32,000 bases of DNA from Thermococcus kodakarensis KOD1 (lineage in GTDB: Archaea; Methanobacteriota_B; Thermococci; Thermococcales; Thermococcaceae): NCBI RefSeq assembly GCF_000009965.1, contig NC_006624.1:1950001-1982000 (forward strand), given 5' to 3'. How positions within the stretch are numbered: the first letter of the stretch is position 1; every line of letters starts with the position of its first letter. A program made the position numbers and the translations under genes. Shown here one piece after another: positions 8,749 to 16,263 of the stretch. The notes under the pieces were generated by a model. That model did no database searches, was not told the origin of the DNA, and was given only the letters and a program-made list of their open reading frames with translations.

Positions 8749-9345
8749 TCAAAGGAGTTTTGTGTCCTTGTAGGAGGGAAAGACTAGTACGCCGTTCATT
8801 CCGATGCTCCCATAGCAAAGATAATCGTGAGCGAAAAGACTCCGCTTTTCACATACTTCTTTTGACCTTATCCATATTGCCTTGCTCGTTCCAAGCGCGT
8901 AAATCTGGTAAAACGTTTCATTCGGCTTTATAACCTCACTGAGATTCCACCAGTAAGAACCGTTAATCTCATCATCGTACTTCCATCCGAGGGTTTTGAA
9001 GAGGAGTGCCTTCTCGTGGGACTTATAATCCTTTAGAGCACCTAGGTCTAGTATTACCGGAGAGTAATTCACGAAAGCTCTTGCACTCTCTACCTTTTTC
9101 TTTTTTAGCCAGAATTGAGAGGATTGGCTAACAGTGTAGAGCTTGAGCACATTAGTCTCCTCGTTGTAAGTCGCGAACTGCCAGAGAGTGTCCTCGTGAT
9201 AAACTGCTATCAACCCTTCCCCTTTTGGAATTCCTGCGAGTTTGTACGCTCCTTCCGCCGTTGAGAGCTCGTGGTAAGTGTAGGCATTGTACGCGAAAAA
9301 AGAAAAGAGAAGGAGCAGGACTCCAGTAGCTAATGCCCTCTTCAT
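8749..9345 (-). CDS. Third copy of the anchored-protein paralogue family (198 aa as read, probably truncated by a nonsense codon)
   Basis: ATG at 9345 after GGGGTGATCTGGGG. N-terminal hydrophobic anchor MKRALATGVLLLLFSFFAY. Family signature GLIAVYHEDTLWQFATYNEE...LYTV...KKKK...FVNYS. Confidence 0.65.
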   Translation of the reverse strand: MKRALATGVLLLLFSFFAYNAYTYHELSTAEGAYKLAGIPKGEGLIAVYHEDTLWQFATYNEETNVLKLYTVSQSSQFWLKKKKVESARAFVNYSPVILDLGALKDYKSHEKALLFKTLGWKYDDEINGSYWWNLSEVIKPNETFYQIYALGTSKAIWIRSKEVCEKRSLFAHDYLCYGSIGMNGVLVFPSYKDTKLL

Positions 9346-9361
9346 CCCCAGATCACCCCAG

Positions 9362-10336
9362 TTAGCCGCAGTGGTATCCTAATATTCTATCAAAGTAGAT
9401 TTTCTGAATGCTATTGGATGGATAAATTCTCCAGTATGCGTGGAAATTGTTTTCAGTGTTAATCCAGTCTGAGAATACCTCTAGTTTTCCGTCGTATTTG
9501 AAGATCGAGATTGTAAATCTCAGGCTTCCTTTTATTGTCTGCTTGAATCTCTCAGGTTCAATTTTTTCAAACACCTGCTCCCATGGAACTTCCCTGAGAG
9601 TCCATGTTTCGTTTGTCAAAACTTTGAATTTAATGTTGTCCGTAAAGATGACCCCTCCGGGATATATGACCTTTCTCCTTGCGCTTTGATTATCTATCGG
9701 TAGAATTTCGAGAATAATCCCCTTCATTGGATCTTCCATCATACCGGGAAGGTACAGAAGGTCTGCGTACTCAAACGGATCTGAATATCTAATTGTATCC
9801 CCCGAAGATAACTCTAAGGATCCTATTGACAACTCGGAACTTTTGATAACAGCAAGTTCAATGTATTTACTATTATTTTTCTCTTGGTTGTTAACAATAT
9901 CCTGCATTGAAGGGTAAATGCTCTCAATTTCTCCATTCCTGTAAACCCTATCCCTGTAGAGGAGTTGTCTGCAGTTGTTGCAGTTTTTGAAGTCTTTCAG
10001 CTTTTCTGGGTTCGTTGAGAGGGTGGAGTAATTGAATGGTGTTTTGCAAGTGATTTTGCTTTTCTTCATCCTCGGCCAGATCTTCAAGAATTTGTAAGTC
10101 TTAAAAGTGTAAATGCTAATAGTCTTGTTTTCTGGATCGTACAAAGCGAACTGGTACTCTCTAAAACCATCAAAACCAGTTTGGGAGTAATAGTAAGCGG
10201 CAACAAGCTGCGAGTTTTCCCTAACTTGAGCTGGAATCCGATGATAGAGGTTGCTCATGCTCTCACTTGGGAGATAAAAGTAGCCAAAGAGGAAGAGAAA
10301 AATCAAAAAAGCAAGGGCAAGCAACTTTCCCTTCAT
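9362..10336 (-). CDS. Second copy of the anchored-protein paralogue family (324 aa, intact)
   Basis: The track ORF is trimmed to ATG 10336 (MKGKLLALAFLIFLFLFGYFYL), 8 nt after GGAGGTGA. N-terminal TM anchor. Conserved KTPFNYS sequon and a CxxC-like KNCNNC. Confidence 0.7.
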   Translation of the reverse strand: MKGKLLALAFLIFLFLFGYFYLPSESMSNLYHRIPAQVRENSQLVAAYYYSQTGFDGFREYQFALYDPENKTISIYTFKTYKFLKIWPRMKKSKITCKTPFNYSTLSTNPEKLKDFKNCNNCRQLLYRDRVYRNGEIESIYPSMQDIVNNQEKNNSKYIELAVIKSSELSIGSLELSSGDTIRYSDPFEYADLLYLPGMMEDPMKGIILEILPIDNQSARRKVIYPGGVIFTDNIKFKVLTNETWTLREVPWEQVFEKIEPERFKQTIKGSLRFTISIFKYDGKLEVFSDWINTENNFHAYWRIYPSNSIQKIYFDRILGYHCG

Positions 10337-10342
10337 CCATAG

Positions 10343-10365
10343 GTCACCTCCATGAAGTAGCCGAC
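10343..10365. repeat. Copy B of a 23-nt perfect direct repeat GTCACCTCCATGAAGTAGCCGAC (relic of the protease 3' end plus SD)
   Basis: Identical to 11286-11308. It lies in the spacer between paralogue 1 and paralogue 2. On the minus strand it encodes an orphan VGYFMEVTYG preceded by a stop. Confidence 0.85.
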
Positions 10366-10403
10366 TCATGTGTGTATCTTAGTTTCATCTCTTGAAGTAC
10401 TTA

Positions 10404-11279
10404 TTATCCTCCAGACACGACGCATTTTTTCGTGTAGTGGAGAGTTTTTGTAGTTCCATTGAAGTAAATTGTAGTTTTTTCCACCACTGGGCACCTTAAG
10501 TTGGATTCATCAAGCAATTTCGTTGGGAAAGGATTTATAATAATTTCAGAGGCGTTTATGAGAATTTCCTGGCCACTGCAGGGAATTGTGAGGTTCTCCG
10601 GGATTTTCGTCACGTTGATCGTTGGACCACTGAGGTTTCCCACTCTTCCTGACACGTTCCATGTTGGATATAATGCCAAAAGTGTATCATTTCCCCGATT
10701 TTCAAAGGCTACAACCCATGTTGAGTACGTGCACTTTGAGGGTGAGGGCATCACGAGGTAACCCCCAACGAGCGGATTGCCGTCTATAGAAGGCTCCTTT
10801 GCCCTGTCCACAAAGATGAACCTAACGCCGTTGAACTTTTTAAGAATGTCCCTGAAGTTCCAAGTTTGGTTAAGGATTTTCTTTATTTCCTCCCCTTTGA
10901 GGACTCTGACTTTCCCGTCGATTTTTATAATCATTGCCGTTTCGTCTTGGTGGGCAGGAATGTCGTCTATTGAGAAAGAAACCTGACTGTAGTTGAGCCC
11001 TGTTTTTACCTGTCTTTTTTCAACATTTATCCTCTTCACGATGAGGTTTCTTTTCAAAGTTGCAGTTATCTCTGAAAGGGCACCGTTTTCATAAGTTATG
11101 ACCCTCCATTCCCCTTCTTTGTGATATACTACTACTAAGCCCCTCTCCGCGTCCATGCGGTTAAGCATGCAGGATGGTGAACTAAAACAGGCATCTTTCC
11201 TGTAGTTATAGGTTAAAGCTAAAAGTGAAAGGAGAAGGATTGCTATAAACGCTAGAACTCTGAGGAATCTTCCTTTCAT
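10404..11279 (-). CDS. First copy of the anchored-protein paralogue family (291 aa, intact, divergent)
   Basis: The most likely start is ATG 11279 (MKGRFLRVLAFIAILLLSLLAL), 7 nt after GGAGGTGA; it overlaps the protease stop as ATGA (11276-11279). The track start at 11285 is a TTG. Family signature GLVVVYHKEGEWRVITYENG...KTGLNYS. Several NxS/T sequons. Confidence 0.7.
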   Translation of the reverse strand: MKGRFLRVLAFIAILLLSLLALTYNYRKDACFSSPSCMLNRMDAERGLVVVYHKEGEWRVITYENGALSEITATLKRNLIVKRINVEKRQVKTGLNYSQVSFSIDDIPAHQDETAMIIKIDGKVRVLKGEEIKKILNQTWNFRDILKKFNGVRFIFVDRAKEPSIDGNPLVGGYLVMPSPSKCTYSTWVVAFENRGNDTLLALYPTWNVSGRVGNLSGPTINVTKIPENLTIPCSGQEILINASEIIINPFPTKLLDESNLRCPVVEKTTIYFNGTTKTLHYTKKCVVSGG

Positions 11280-14200
11280 TTCCAAGTCACCTCCATGAAG
11301 TAGCCGACGCCTGTGTAAGGCCCAGTTACAGGGACATACATAGAACTGAAAGGCATGTCTGGGATTATACTAGGTTTATGGACTAAAAGATTGTCCGGCT
11401 GAATTGTGATATACCATTCTTCTCTGATAAACTTTGCAAATGCTTCCCAGCAACTTCTAGATACTTTCCATTGCTCTGTCACATGTTCCTCTACTGAATT
11501 TTTGAACATTTCTGTTAATGTCGAATTAAACCGAGCGTAGTCTTGTGGCCAACTTAGTTCGCTATATCTAAACTGCACGTTCATGACAGAATGGGGTGGT
11601 ACTTCTCCGAACCACATTTTGAGAGCATTCATTTTATAATCTTTGATACTATAGTAATTTCTGCCTTTTACATCAAGATACTCATCATAAAGCCAAAATA
11701 CGTAGTGTCCCAATTCGTGCCCTAATGTTTTTCCCCAGTCCACATCTCCAATAGAGATTACAATGTTTTGGTCTGAGAATGCAGAAGCCGCTGAGATTAT
11801 CTTCTTGGACATCATTATATGGAACTCGTGTTTCTGACTCTCAGTTGCATTAGAGAACCTTTTTATCCAATATCCTCCGATAGATGCTTTTGGCCATCCC
11901 TTGTACAAAAGTTCAGTTCTTGTTTGAGGGATTACCCACTTAGTCTTATGTACTCTCACGTCCGCATCATCCCACTGTCTCTTATCGTCCCATATCTGCA
12001 CGCTGGTTATCATCGCGTACCCGTCAGTGTAGTCGTAAACGAAGTCGCTCGCCTTTCTAATACTGTAAACCAAATTTCTCTTGTCTTCCTCACTCAAAGC
12101 CCACTCTGTGGAGACAGTGAGGCTAATCCCGAGAATGTCCCTCTTCGCAGGATCTTTTCCAATGAACAGTTCAACACTGTTCGGAACGCCATCACCGTCG
12201 TAGTCCCCGTTCATGTCGTCGGCTTTTCTGTCACTGGGATCAAAGCGCTCGGTAAATCCATTTGCCTCAAGCTCTTTGTTCAGCTCGATTTCACGGTAGA
12301 AGGGTATCCCGTCTGCGTCGTTGGTGGTTATGACGAACCAGATTTCGCCGTCAGGAGTGTCGTCAGCTGAGGAGTAAGAAACGACAAGGTCTGACTTCAG
12401 GGGCATTTCTCCTGAAGAAGTCACAACTTTGACATCACCTTTAAGTGTCTTTACGTCGTTGCTCATGCTCCCATTGCTCAGAATCTCAGCGGGACTAGAG
12501 GAGCTTGTCGTCGCGACGACCTCGTTTCCCGGTGAAGTCACATCAGTCCCGTAGGTGTTCACGAGGGTGACGTTGATCACCGTTCCATTCTCCAGCCGAA
12601 CCCGAGCAACTTTCAGATTTTTCGGTTTCACTATTGAGAATGCTGTAGTTCCATCTTTCACCGTAACGTCATTAACGCCTTCAATCGTTTTTATGTCGAT
12701 GATCTCACCATTAATTTTAGCCTTTTCAAGTATACTTTCGTATTTCACGTATACCTTGAGGTCTTTGTCCGGCTCTTTTGGCCCGACGTTACAGGAGCCG
12801 TCACCACATCCGCTCAAGTGACCATAGCCGAAATATTTTTCTTCATCCCCCTGATAATCGTCACCGCTCCACGTTCCGGTTTTAAGGTTGTAATGTATTA
12901 CAGCAACGGTTCCTTTGCTAGGGGAGACGTCCATTTCGGTTCTCTTCCCATTGTCATCTCTGTCGTAGAGGTGGAACCGTATGATGGCAACTTCCTTGTC
13001 GTCTGGAACATCAAAGGTAGTTAGTGCAATCGCATAGCTTTGGACGTTGACGAGTGGATTGGTGATTGGAATTATTTTCTTCTCGTAATCATCCTGATTA
13101 TCAGTTAGGAAAAGGGTTTTGGTTTGTCCATTTACGGTAAGCTCCAAACTCATATCCGCTGGATTGTGACCAGCAATTGAACTGTCAACATCGTCCAATG
13201 CCTTCGCTCTTAGGATGTAGACTGTAACCTTCACGTCCCTCAAGGGGTCAACGTCCTTTGAGTCAATCACCCCGTCACCATCCGTGTCATTACTGTAGGG
13301 ATTCATCCCGTACTCCCACTCTAAGGCATTGCACCAACCATCCTTATCGCTGTCCGTGAGAACCGGCACGACTTTCGTCACGGTCTCCCCCACTTTCCCA
13401 TACTCATCAACGGGCGTAAAGCGAATGGTCACGTTCTCGCGACAGTTAGTGTGGTTGTAGATCGGAGCGAGGGGGAACCTGTGCGGGTATCCCGGGTACA
13501 GGCCAGTCCTCCTAAAGCTGAAGCGCCCGACGACTTCCACACTCACGTTCACCCTGTCGCCTTCCGCATCGTTAACGACGATCGTGCCGTTGCTCCACTC
13601 GTTTGAGTACAGGAAAGGTGGAAGATCAACCCTCACAACTTCTGGGGGCGAGTTCTCTCTTACGTAAATGTTCCTCGCCCACGTGGAGTACACCACAGTA
13701 CCGTTGGCATTGTAGAGCTTTATCTCGACGTCGTGGAAGCCCCTGCCCGGCTTCTTCCACCAAAGGTCAAAGCTCCACCTCTTGTAAACGTAGCTGTTGA
13801 GCCTGCTGATTTCCACGCCATCAACGAAGAGCTTGAGGATTACGTCCTTCCTGTTGCCGGAGGGATTGACGACGTTGACGTGGAACCTAATCGGGTGCTT
13901 TTCAACGAGCATCGTGTGGGAAACCCCGGAGATGTACGGCCTGGACTCTGAAACTTTGAGCGTTGTTGAGCTTGAGGACGGGCTTCCCCCGTAGTCCGGG
14001 ACGAACCTCGCCGTGAGGACGTGGCTCCCGGGAGTCGCGCGCCACACGTTGTACATCTTATACTCCCACGTGTGATAAGCGTAGACCGTGACGGCGGATT
14101 TCTTGATAAGCACGCCGTCCAAGTAAAGCTCGATGTGCCCCTTTCCATTTACCGGCCCACTGTTGTCGAGGTTTATTGTGACATGGAGGTAATCGCCCTC

Positions 14201-15046
14201 CTTGGGGGGACTGGGTGAGTAGGAGATTCTCCTGACCGTTACCTTGGGCGCTCCGGTATAAGAGTAAATGTCCGCCAGGTTCCCCTTGTTATCGATCAGG
14301 TAGACCGTGTCCCCGGCATTGTTCAGGATTGCGGACGAGGAAGAACTGGCAACCAGTATTCTCCTGACCTCTCCCGGGCCGAGGCTTACCGAGAACTTGC
14401 GCACGTGGTCTCTCCCAAAAGAGTCGTAGCAGTGGTTCTTGGGGATTGAGGGGGTTTCGTTTACCCAGCAGCGCTCGTTGTTGTAGGCGTAGCTGTCCAT
14501 TAAGTACCATCCAGAGGCGGTGAACGTTGATGAGCCGCCGTTGTAGAGGACTACGTACTCTCCGTTATTGTCGTTTGTGAGGTAGTCCACGTCGATTATC
14601 TGAAGGCCGCGGGAAGTGCTCAGCGGCTCCACGGTGAAGGCTTTTGCAAGGGACTCTTCGGTGGTTTCCCCGGTTTTTGCTTTTCTCAGCGCTCCGAGGG
14701 CTCTCTCCGGGTTTTCCCACTTGTAGGTCTGCATTGCTATTGGCTGGTTGTTGTCGTACCACCATATTTGGAAGATGAGGCTGGTGCCGTTCCAGTGGAT
14801 GTTTCTGATTCTCATGGTGTCTGACACGATTATGTCCCCATTGAGGGTTTCGTTTAGGAGGGCTTCCATGAGTGCTATTAGGGCTTCTCTCTCACCGTCT
14901 TCTGCGGTGGAGAGTTCTTTTAGGGGGTTCTTGAAGAGGGGGTTTATCGTGCCTGCTTTCTCCTCTTGAGTTCCTGCGAGTGTCGTGCCCGGCACTCCGC
15001 TAAGGAGTATCAGCACCACCAGAACAAGGGCCGCTCTCCTCTTCAT
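11276..15046 (-). CDS. Large exported multidomain protein: LTD-like, two CARDB-like modules, Asp-rich Ca-loop linkers, and a C-terminal HExxH..DEY (M6/M64-like) metallopeptidase domain
   Basis: Start is probably ATG 15046 (MKRRAALVLVVLILLSGVPGTTLAG signal peptide) after GGTGGTGGGA. The LTD-like segment at about 14252-14608 reads GWYLMD...LNNAGDTVYLIDNKGNLADIYSY. CARDB-like modules lie at about 13994-14200 and 13700-13894. Asp-rich loops are DSDKDGW...DTDGDGVIDSKDVDP at about 13244-13354 and DYDGDGVPNS at about 12137-12220. HELGH is at 11705-11719, followed by YVFWLYDEY. Confidence 0.85.
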   Translation of the reverse strand: MKRRAALVLVVLILLSGVPGTTLAGTQEEKAGTINPLFKNPLKELSTAEDGEREALIALMEALLNETLNGDIIVSDTMRIRNIHWNGTSLIFQIWWYDNNQPIAMQTYKWENPERALGALRKAKTGETTEESLAKAFTVEPLSTSRGLQIIDVDYLTNDNNGEYVVLYNGGSSTFTASGWYLMDSYAYNNERCWVNETPSIPKNHCYDSFGRDHVRKFSVSLGPGEVRRILVASSSSSAILNNAGDTVYLIDNKGNLADIYSYTGAPKVTVRRISYSPSPPKEGDYLHVTINLDNSGPVNGKGHIELYLDGVLIKKSAVTVYAYHTWEYKMYNVWRATPGSHVLTARFVPDYGGSPSSSSTTLKVSESRPYISGVSHTMLVEKHPIRFHVNVVNPSGNRKDVILKLFVDGVEISRLNSYVYKRWSFDLWWKKPGRGFHDVEIKLYNANGTVVYSTWARNIYVRENSPPEVVRVDLPPFLYSNEWSNGTIVVNDAEGDRVNVSVEVVGRFSFRRTGLYPGYPHRFPLAPIYNHTNCRENVTIRFTPVDEYGKVGETVTKVVPVLTDSDKDGWCNALEWEYGMNPYSNDTDGDGVIDSKDVDPLRDVKVTVYILRAKALDDVDSSIAGHNPADMSLELTVNGQTKTLFLTDNQDDYEKKIIPITNPLVNVQSYAIALTTFDVPDDKEVAIIRFHLYDRDDNGKRTEMDVSPSKGTVAVIHYNLKTGTWSGDDYQGDEEKYFGYGHLSGCGDGSCNVGPKEPDKDLKVYVKYESILEKAKINGEIIDIKTIEGVNDVTVKDGTTAFSIVKPKNLKVARVRLENGTVINVTLVNTYGTDVTSPGNEVVATTSSSSPAEILSNGSMSNDVKTLKGDVKVVTSSGEMPLKSDLVVSYSSADDTPDGEIWFVITTNDADGIPFYREIELNKELEANGFTERFDPSDRKADDMNGDYDGDGVPNSVELFIGKDPAKRDILGISLTVSTEWALSEEDKRNLVYSIRKASDFVYDYTDGYAMITSVQIWDDKRQWDDADVRVHKTKWVIPQTRTELLYKGWPKASIGGYWIKRFSNATESQKHEFHIMMSKKIISAASAFSDQNIVISIGDVDWGKTLGHELGHYVFWLYDEYLDVKGRNYYSIKDYKMNALKMWFGEVPPHSVMNVQFRYSELSWPQDYARFNSTLTEMFKNSVEEHVTEQWKVSRSCWEAFAKFIREEWYITIQPDNLLVHKPSIIPDMPFSSMYVPVTGPYTGVGYFMEVTWK
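11286..11308. repeat. Copy A of the 23-nt perfect direct repeat (authentic 3' end of the protease ORF, codons VGYFMEVT, containing the SD of the next gene)
   Basis: Identical to 10343-10365, with 943 nt spacing, equal to one paralogue unit. Confidence 0.85.
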
Positions 15047-15237
15047 TCCCACCACCAGGAATTTAAAGACAATTACTAAACCACCAAGAACACATAAAAA
15101 TTTTTCGGCTTTCTCCTTTAGTACCTCCAGGGGAACGGAAGCAGCTGTTTATGGTGGAGGGCTCGGGACTTTAAACTGCCTTCAATTCACTCAACAGGTT
15201 TAATATACCCTCCACGAAATTCCACCGTGGTGATAAC

Positions 15238-16023
15238 ATGGACTTCGAGAGAAAGCCCCTCATCGGGATGGTTCACCTCAAGCCCCTCCCTGGTTCCTAC
15301 CTCTACAACGGGGACTTCGATTCAGTCATTGAGGCCGCACTAAGAGACGCCGTGACGCTTGAAGAAGCTGGTTTCGACGCGGTAATGGTGGAGAACTTTG
15401 GCGACGTTCCCTTCCCGAAGTACGCCGACAAAACCACGGTCGCTTCCCTCGCGGTTGTCGCAAAAGCGATACGAGATGAGGTCTCCCTCCCTCTTGGAGT
15501 TAATGTCCTCCGCAACGATGGGATAGCCGCCTACTCGATTGCCTACGCCGTGAAGGCCGACTTCATAAGGGTGAACGTGCTGAGTGGGGTTGCATACACC
15601 GACCAGGGAATAATAGAGGGCATTGCCCACGAGCTGGCGATGCTGAGGAAGAGGCTTCCCTCAGAGATAAAGGTCTTTGCCGATGTGCACGTCAAGCACG
15701 CCGTCCACTTCGGTGACTTTGAGGACGCCTTCCTCGACACAGTGGAGAGGGGTTTGGCCGATGCCGTCGTCGTCAGTGGAAAAGCAACCGGAAGGCCCGT
15801 GGACGTTGATAAACTCGCGCTCGCGAAGGAGATTTCCCCAGTCCCTGTCATAGTCGGCTCCGGGACGAGCTACGACAACCTTCCCGAGCTCTGGAAGTAC
15901 GCCGACGGCTTCATCGTGGGTACGTGGATAAAGCGCGATGGAAGGGTGGAGAACGAGGTCTCTCTGGAGAGGGCGAGGAAGCTGGTTGAGCTTGCGAAAG
16001 AACTTCGTCAAAGTTCCATTTGA
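15238..16023 (+). CDS. BtpA/SgcQ-family TIM-barrel protein
   Basis: 261 aa. The N-terminus KPLIGMVHLKPLPGSYLY and VMVENFGDVPF are typical of the BtpA family. SD GGTGGTGATAAC lies directly upstream, with a TATA-like GTTTAATATA at 15197-15206. Confidence 0.8.
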   Translation: MDFERKPLIGMVHLKPLPGSYLYNGDFDSVIEAALRDAVTLEEAGFDAVMVENFGDVPFPKYADKTTVASLAVVAKAIRDEVSLPLGVNVLRNDGIAAYSIAYAVKADFIRVNVLSGVAYTDQGIIEGIAHELAMLRKRLPSEIKVFADVHVKHAVHFGDFEDAFLDTVERGLADAVVVSGKATGRPVDVDKLALAKEISPVPVIVGSGTSYDNLPELWKYADGFIVGTWIKRDGRVENEVSLERARKLVELAKELRQSSI

Positions 16024-16040
16024 AGTTGCTCTTTGTCGAA

Positions 16041-16049
16041 TTTCTTTTT
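16041..16049 (+). terminator. T-rich tract (TTTCTTTTT) after the BtpA-family gene
   Basis: Oligo-T 18 nt after the stop codon. Confidence 0.3.
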
Positions 16050-16051
16050 GC

Positions 16052-16064
16052 GAAAGGTTTATTA
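16052..16064 (+). promoter_or_regulatory. Candidate BRE/TATA (GAAAGGTTTATTA) for the 16264-21760 cluster
   Basis: This is the only good TATA-like element in the 240-nt spacer. It lies about 200 nt upstream of the GTG start, implying a long leader. Confidence 0.3.
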
Positions 16065-16263
16065 CCCATGGCTGTGTAATATGTACAAAGGGAACCTGTC
16101 CCGCTTTTCTCTTCTGCGAGATGGTTCTCAGGGAAGTGAGAAAGTTGTCTTCATTGCTCATTGAATCCCTCATCTTTGGTCCAATTATTGGGACCGTGCA
16201 GTCCAGTTTATTGGGCATTTGGGACATTTTCGTTTTTTCCAGTATTGAACGGAGGAATGCCGT

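Noticed and set aside
8749-8751. The in-frame TGA as a selenocysteine (or other recoded) codon
   Set aside because: I saw no obvious SECIS-like hairpin. To my knowledge Thermococcales lack the Sec machinery, which among cultivated archaea is confined to Methanococcales and Methanopyrus. A nonsense mutation or low-level readthrough is more parsimonious.
7819-11279. The M-[KR]-G-[KR] plus hydrophobic N-termini of the paralogues as class III (type IV pilin-like) signal peptides
   Set aside because: The residue after the Gly is Lys or Arg, which does not fit the prepilin-peptidase cleavage context as I recall it (small or hydrophobic residue at +1). I treat them as plain signal anchors unless a dedicated predictor says otherwise.
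11819-14969. Numerous 65-183-aa + strand ORFs inside the large protease gene
   Set aside because: The minus-strand 1256-aa frame carries recognisable LTD, CARDB and HExxH modules over its whole length. The + strand ORFs are fragmentary.
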